From: a virus
IMG/VR virus record: IMGVR_UViG_3300027816_000057
Direction: 5' to 3' (one strand)
Length of the DNA stretch: 64,000 nucleotides
Part shown: in pieces, positions 58,519-64,000 of the stretch
Position numbering within the stretch: the first letter of the stretch is position 1
Layout: each line of letters opens with the position of its first letter
Notes under the pieces: generated by a model
What the model was told of the DNA's origin: nothing
Database searches by the model: none
Seen by the model: only the letters and a program-made list of their open reading frames with translations
Program-made: the position numbers and the translations under genes

Positions 58519-60031
58519 CGATTCAAAAACATGGGAATTGATAGCAAGCGGAAAGACTAATGGAGTTTTTCAATGTGAAAGTTTGCTAGTTCAAAATTGG
58601 TTATCTAAAATTCAACCCAAAAATATTTGGGAGTTATCAATTGTTATCGCTGGTGTACGACCAGCTAGTTTACAATCTGGTGCTATGGATAGGTACTTAA
58701 AGTACAAAAATGATCCATCATCGATTAAAAAAACCGGAAACGAAACAATTGATTCAATTTTAAAAAGCACTAATTTTAATATCTTTTTTCAAGAACAATT
58801 AATCTTATTAGCACAAAGATTAGCGTGGAAGCATTTACCTGAATTAGAAAGACTGGCTAAGTCTGACGATTTAAGAAAAGCGGTAGGTAAAAAAGATAGT
58901 GCTAAAATTTTAGCAATTGGTAAAGAATTTACCGATGGATGTATAGCGAATGGAGTTAATCAAGAATTAGCAGATAAATTATTCAATGTACTAAAAAATG
59001 CCGGTAGATACGCATTTAATTTGTCTCACTCTATAAGCTATGCTTTTGTTGCTTATTACACCGCTTATTTAAAAACTCACTATCCAAAACAGTTTTTTGC
59101 TACCTATCTTAGTTATAGCAAAGAAAAAATAAAACCATTTTATGAATTAAATAAAATGGCACAAGACGCTAAACGTTTTGGTATTAAAATACTTCCGCCT
59201 AATATCAATAAGAAAAATCTTGAATTTAGTATAGAAAACGATAATATCAGATACGGTCTGTCTCATATAAAATTTATAGATAATAAATTCAGAGATAATA
59301 TCAAAAATTTAAAAGAGATTAAGTCTATTGCGGATTTTCTAAATTTTATCATCAAAGGATATTTTGTCGATAATGAATACATCAAACCTAACTGTAGATG
59401 TGTTCAATCTTTAATAATTACTGGATGTTTTAGTGATATTGGATGTTCACGCAACGATCTTCTTAATATCGCTAATCTTATCGACAGTTTAACTAAAAAA
59501 GAGCAAGAGGGCGTAATTACAATATTAGATGAATGTAAAGATATTAATAGTGTTCCCTCTATTATAAGTAAAGTAGCACAGCATGTTTCTGTTAAAAAAC
59601 GTAGACCTATTATAGATAGCGAGTCTAAATTTTTAGAAAAATCTTTAAATAAAGATGATACTGAGTATTTTATAGAAAAATCAGAAAAAGAATACTGTGG
59701 CACTATTATTACTGGAAATTTACTTGGAGACAAAGAGAAGTTTTCTACAAGAAAATGCCTAGAATTAAATGATTACTCGGGAGATGATAATCAGTTCTTA
59801 ATTTGCGTAATAGATAAAGTGGAAATCAAGGTTATTAAAAGCGGTGCTAATAAAGGCAAAAAAATGTGTACTTTATCAGTACATGATTCTACCGGAACTT
59901 TAGATAATATATGTATATTTTCAGATATATTTGCTAATAGCAGTGATATAATAAGAGAAGACTCGATTATCCAGCTTACTCTAAATAATAAAAACGGAAG
60001 ATGGATTACCCGAGGTATATGCACAATATGA
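58487..60031 (+). CDS. dnaE: DNA polymerase III alpha, C-terminal half (fingers, HhH, OB)
   Basis: GVFQCES, RP, FQEQ, LRKAVGKK, YAFNLSH..Y..AYLK.HYP, PPNIN, IRYGL..IK. Confidence 0.9.
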   Translation: MLTSIENLPINDSKTWELIASGKTNGVFQCESLLVQNWLSKIQPKNIWELSIVIAGVRPASLQSGAMDRYLKYKNDPSSIKKTGNETIDSILKSTNFNIFFQEQLILLAQRLAWKHLPELERLAKSDDLRKAVGKKDSAKILAIGKEFTDGCIANGVNQELADKLFNVLKNAGRYAFNLSHSISYAFVAYYTAYLKTHYPKQFFATYLSYSKEKIKPFYELNKMAQDAKRFGIKILPPNINKKNLEFSIENDNIRYGLSHIKFIDNKFRDNIKNLKEIKSIADFLNFIIKGYFVDNEYIKPNCRCVQSLIITGCFSDIGCSRNDLLNIANLIDSLTKKEQEGVITILDECKDINSVPSIISKVAQHVSVKKRRPIIDSESKFLEKSLNKDDTEYFIEKSEKEYCGTIITGNLLGDKEKFSTRKCLELNDYSGDDNQFLICVIDKVEIKVIKSGANKGKKMCTLSVHDSTGTLDNICIFSDIFANSSDIIREDSIIQLTLNNKNGRWITRGICTI

Positions 60032-60498
60032 ATTTACAACGACAAATACTTAAAGACTTTAATTTACTTCCAGAATATCAATATATTGATGACGATAACA
60101 TATCATATAAAATATTAGAACACATATATAGATTTAGTATAAAAGAAAATATTATTAATTTTTACTATAAAGACAAAAAGTTTATTATCAATTGCGATAA
60201 ATACACTATTAAATCCATCATTGAGATGCAGATAAGAAATATAAATAAATTATATAATATACCATTTGAATTTATCGTATTTAAAAATGACGACGTTATT
60301 TGTTCAAATGTTTTTGTAAACATTAAAGAATGTAATAAATCTAAGTCTATTTATAAGATGTATCATGATATGTTAAAATTTGGGATCACTGACGAATTAA
60401 TTAAAACAGTAGAAAAAGAAGGTATGTTAGACAGCTTTAATTTAATTATTAAAGCATATATAGGATATGAATTATGCGTACCGAAAAAGAAAATTTAA
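60028..60498 (+). CDS. hypothetical protein
   Basis: ORF with ATGA overlap. Confidence 0.5.
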   Translation: MNLQRQILKDFNLLPEYQYIDDDNISYKILEHIYRFSIKENIINFYYKDKKFIINCDKYTIKSIIEMQIRNINKLYNIPFEFIVFKNDDVICSNVFVNIKECNKSKSIYKMYHDMLKFGITDELIKTVEKEGMLDSFNLIIKAYIGYELCVPKKKI

Positions 60499-61103
60499 TA
60501 AAAGAATACGATGATATGGCGGTAAAATTAGGACATAAATTTGCAAGAAATTTTGGACGAAGACACACTAAAGATTTTATTCAAGAAGCAAGAGTCTTAT
60601 TGATAAATGCGGTAGAAAAATATTTACTATCAAATAAAAGTAATAAAGAAAAAAGTATAAAAGGATATATCAATCACATAATAAGAAACGGATTAAGTAA
60701 AGTCGCGTTAAAATTAAACTCTGATGTATCGGTATCGGTATCTACAAGAGAATTAATTAATAGAATTAAAAATAGTTTAAAAAATGATGAAGATTTTAAT
60801 ACTATAAGTAAAAAATACAATATATCTAAAAAAAGAATATCCAAATTATTAGACTATACATTTAATTTTTATTCTTTTAATAATCTTCCAAAAGAACAAA
60901 AAGAAAAACAATTAGATTTTAAGAATAACCATAGACAGTTTGAAATATTAGACGGACTAATGGGAATCGATCGTGTTATTTTTGAAAAGATATGCGAAAA
61001 CAAAACTATAACAGATATCGTGCAAGAAACTGGAATCAATCATAGTTTAGTAAAAGAACGCTTAATAAATATTAACAATAGAATACAGCAAGAAATTTTA
61101 TGA
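60474..61103 (+). CDS. Sigma70-family (group 3-like) phage sigma factor
   Basis: Region-2-like DFIQEARVLLINAVEKY..YI..IIR; C-terminal HTH. Confidence 0.7.
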   Translation: MRTEKENLIKEYDDMAVKLGHKFARNFGRRHTKDFIQEARVLLINAVEKYLLSNKSNKEKSIKGYINHIIRNGLSKVALKLNSDVSVSVSTRELINRIKNSLKNDEDFNTISKKYNISKKRISKLLDYTFNFYSFNNLPKEQKEKQLDFKNNHRQFEILDGLMGIDRVIFEKICENKTITDIVQETGINHSLVKERLININNRIQQEIL

Positions 61104-62767
61104 GAAAATTAAGAGTATTATTTGATTGCGAATTTTCACAGCTAAATACGGGTTTTTCTAATATCTCAAATGAAATACTAAAGAGATTAGAAAAAACAGG
61201 AAAATACGAACTGGCAGAACTAGCCAGCTATTGTAGTCCGTCTGATCCTAGAATTAATGATGTAGACTGGAAAGTTTATCCAGTTATGCCTCATCCGCAA
61301 GATAATGAATATCAAAATCAATACAACTCCACTAGAGACGCCCAATTCGGATCATTAAAATTAACTGAGGTAATGCTAGATTTTAAACCTGATATTGTAT
61401 GGGGATGCCGCGATCCTTGGATGACACAGCATCATTTTAGCAATCCTTATCGTCAATATTATAAATTATGGTGGATGGCCTGCGTTGACAGCGAGCCGCA
61501 GCAGAAGATTTGGGTCGATTGGTTTAAAAAATGCGATTACATAACAACATATACCGAATGGGCGAAATCAGTATTAGAAAATGATAACGTTAACGTCTTT
61601 TCAGTAACACCTCCCGGAACAGATACTAAAATTTTTAAACCCGCAGACAATAAAAAAGAGCTAAGAGAAAAACTAGGATTAAATCCGGATTGGTTTATAA
61701 TTCAAACTGTAATGAGAAATCAGGGTAGAAAATTATATCCCGATTTATTTAAAGCTTTTGCTAAATTCTTAGAAATATGTAAAGAACAGGGAAATGAAAA
61801 ACTTGCTCAAAAAACATTTTTACATATACATACATCTTTTGTTGACGTTGGTTTTGATTTGAAGCACGAAATCCAAAAACATAGTCTTGGACATAAAGTA
61901 TTAATAACATATCTTGATCATAAAACAAAAAATTACGAAATATCCTTTTATAAAGGAATTAACGCTTTTACTAATATAACTAGAGAAAGAACAGCTCAAA
62001 CAACAAACACAGCCGTTGGAGTTACTAGAGAACAAATGGCTGAAATTATGTCTGTCGCCGATTTATATGTACAATACAGTGTAGCTGGTGCTGCTGAAAT
62101 GCCTATTATGGACGCTAAAGCTTGCGGTGTTCCTATAATGGCTACTGCATATGCGGGTATGGCTGAACAAACTATTAACGGTGGCGGAATACCATTAAAA
62201 GTACTGTATTATGTACAAGAATCTAGCATACAAGAAACCGGTCAGTTAAGAGCAAGACCTGATCATGAATACGCCGCTAAAAAACTATATGAATTTTTCA
62301 ACGCAAAACCTGACTATAGAGAAAAACTATCAAAAGAAGCTAGAGAATGTTCATTAAGATACGATTGGGATGAAATAGCTAAAAAATTTGAAAATCTACT
62401 TGATCAAGTAACAATCCCTTCAGATGATTCAAATATCTGGACATCTAAACCATTTATTCATACATCATTAACCGAAATACCTTATATAGAAAGCAATAAA
62501 GTATTTATAGATTGGTGCTACTCTAACATAGTTGGAAGACCTTGGTTTAATACTTTAGAACTATCTAACAAGATTCTAACTTGTTTAGAAAGCGGATTTG
62601 AAACAGTTATTGAAAACGGACAGCAAAAAAATATTCCTTTTGGTCGTAAGGAATTAGCTGAAAAATTATTAAAATATTGCCACTTTTTAAATCAGCAAGA
62701 AGAAATACGTTATAATTTATTAGTGAATAACCAAACTAATAAAAACATTGGATACATTAAACTATGA
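61100..62767 (+). CDS. GT-B (GT4) glycosyltransferase
   Basis: TGFS, GTDT..F.P, RNQGRK, ADLYV..E.P..DA.ACG.P. Confidence 0.88.
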   Translation: MRKLRVLFDCEFSQLNTGFSNISNEILKRLEKTGKYELAELASYCSPSDPRINDVDWKVYPVMPHPQDNEYQNQYNSTRDAQFGSLKLTEVMLDFKPDIVWGCRDPWMTQHHFSNPYRQYYKLWWMACVDSEPQQKIWVDWFKKCDYITTYTEWAKSVLENDNVNVFSVTPPGTDTKIFKPADNKKELREKLGLNPDWFIIQTVMRNQGRKLYPDLFKAFAKFLEICKEQGNEKLAQKTFLHIHTSFVDVGFDLKHEIQKHSLGHKVLITYLDHKTKNYEISFYKGINAFTNITRERTAQTTNTAVGVTREQMAEIMSVADLYVQYSVAGAAEMPIMDAKACGVPIMATAYAGMAEQTINGGGIPLKVLYYVQESSIQETGQLRARPDHEYAAKKLYEFFNAKPDYREKLSKEARECSLRYDWDEIAKKFENLLDQVTIPSDDSNIWTSKPFIHTSLTEIPYIESNKVFIDWCYSNIVGRPWFNTLELSNKILTCLESGFETVIENGQQKNIPFGRKELAEKLLKYCHFLNQQEEIRYNLLVNNQTNKNIGYIKL

Positions 62768-63888
62768 AAATAGAATATATAGGTGTTTATAGAGATGGTA
62801 CGGGATATGCTAAAGCGGCTGAAGATCATATTTTAGCAATAGATTCAGCTAATATAGAAGTCGTACCAAGAAATGTAAAATTAAATAATATCAACAGTAC
62901 ACCTCCTCAAAAAATTCTAGATTTAGAAAAAAACAATCTTAAGGACGTTACTCATATTGTACAACACTATCTTCCAAATATGTTTGTAAGAAAAGAAGGT
63001 GTTGAAAATATAGGTGTTTTTGCTTATGAAACCAATAATATTCAACCGTCAAATTGGCATTTGTATTGTAATTTAATGGATAAGATTGTTGTATTTTGCG
63101 ATCAAAATAAAAAAATGTGTTTAGAAAGTGGTGTAACTAAACCAGTATATGTTGTTCCACAAGCGGTAGATGTAGAAAAATTCAAAAAACCAAGAAAAAT
63201 ATTAGACCATTTGGATATAAAAAACAAGTTCGTTTTTTATGCTATAGGTGATTTCTCTGCTAGAAAAAACTACATCACTCTTATCAAAACATACTTAGCT
63301 AATTTTGATCGATCAGAGAATACCGTCTTATTATTAAAGACATTTATTTCTGGTCAAAATTCCAAAAATTCACTACAAGAAATTATAAATGTAATAGAAA
63401 CGATTAAAAAGAAACTTCGTAAAGGCACTACTTATCCTGAAATTATTGTGGTGCCAGAATATCTATCAGAAGACGATGTTCTAGACTTGCACTACAATAG
63501 CCATTGTTTTGTTTCCGTAGAAAAAGGAGCTGCGACTTGTCTTCCAGCGTTAGACGCTATAGGTTTTAGTAACTCGGTTATTGCACCAAATTGGGGAGGA
63601 ACAGCCGATTTTGTTCCATCTAATAATTTACTATCTGGTAATTTAGAAATGGTATTTGGTATGGACTCTTGTCCACAACAAGATTTATATACTTGTTACG
63701 AAGATTGGTTTTTAATTGATGAAAATGATTTACGAGATAAAATGAGAAAAGAATATAATTTCTGGAAAGATGGTCCTAGTTCTTACAAAAATAATATTTC
63801 TAAATGGTTTTATGATAATGGAAATTATATACAAAAATTTTCATATAAAAACATAGGTAAAATATGGAAGGAAATTTTTTCAAAATGA
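62764..63888 (+). CDS. GT-B (GT4) glycosyltransferase
   Basis: TGYA, YET, RKN, CFVS..G...LP..DA. Confidence 0.88.
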   Translation: MKIEYIGVYRDGTGYAKAAEDHILAIDSANIEVVPRNVKLNNINSTPPQKILDLEKNNLKDVTHIVQHYLPNMFVRKEGVENIGVFAYETNNIQPSNWHLYCNLMDKIVVFCDQNKKMCLESGVTKPVYVVPQAVDVEKFKKPRKILDHLDIKNKFVFYAIGDFSARKNYITLIKTYLANFDRSENTVLLLKTFISGQNSKNSLQEIINVIETIKKKLRKGTTYPEIIVVPEYLSEDDVLDLHYNSHCFVSVEKGAATCLPALDAIGFSNSVIAPNWGGTADFVPSNNLLSGNLEMVFGMDSCPQQDLYTCYEDWFLIDENDLRDKMRKEYNFWKDGPSSYKNNISKWFYDNGNYIQKFSYKNIGKIWKEIFSK

Positions 63889-64000
63889 ATATTAAATTTA
63901 AAATAAAAAAAATAATATTTAATTTTATTCATCGTTTTATTATGAAAGATGTATATTTTTGTGAAATGACAAAACGATATTACGCAGACTTGCTTGGTGT

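Noticed and set aside
954-60024. Short antisense ORFs in the track (954, 9922, 10074, 11336, 12244, 13948, 16127, 20048, 21612, 23240, 24386, 25909, 26036, 26052, 33429, 33883, 37590, 38779, 55396, 59404, 59791)
   Set aside because: Shadows of well-supported genes on the opposite strand, with no motifs
1-64000. Stop-codon recoding as in some large phages
   Set aside because: Conserved genes are full length in the standard code and no suppressor tRNA is seen

Overview
AT-rich (about 30% GC by eye), densely packed, mostly plus-strand segment of a large or jumbo dsDNA phage genome. It carries a nucleotide-metabolism set (ThyX, dUTPase, dCMP deaminase, NrdA/NrdB, dNMP kinase, IMPDH/GMPR) and a replication/recombination block (RecA, DnaB, DnaG, RNase H, DnaQ, RuvB, and a DnaE split into two intein-free genes). 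It also has NAD salvage genes (NAMPT plus a split CinA-like/NMNAT pair), an RNA repair/modification kit (two RNA ligases, P-loop kinase, three metallophosphoesterases, a nucleotidyltransferase, TrmH), a sigma factor, GT4 glycosyltransferases, and scattered virion-type genes. Most notable: (1) four atypical tRNA genes, including a Tyr(GTA) tRNA-like RNA with no D-arm whose 5' connector is complementary to its enlarged variable region, sitting directly behind trmH; (2) two promoter classes (TAAA-N14/15-GATATAAT and GTGTATAA), usually 5-7 nt before the start codon, implying leaderless mRNAs; (3) the split DnaE; (4) a PEP-CTERM-like protein suggesting a Planctomycetota-type host (inference). All protein family calls come from motif recognition, not from database searches.
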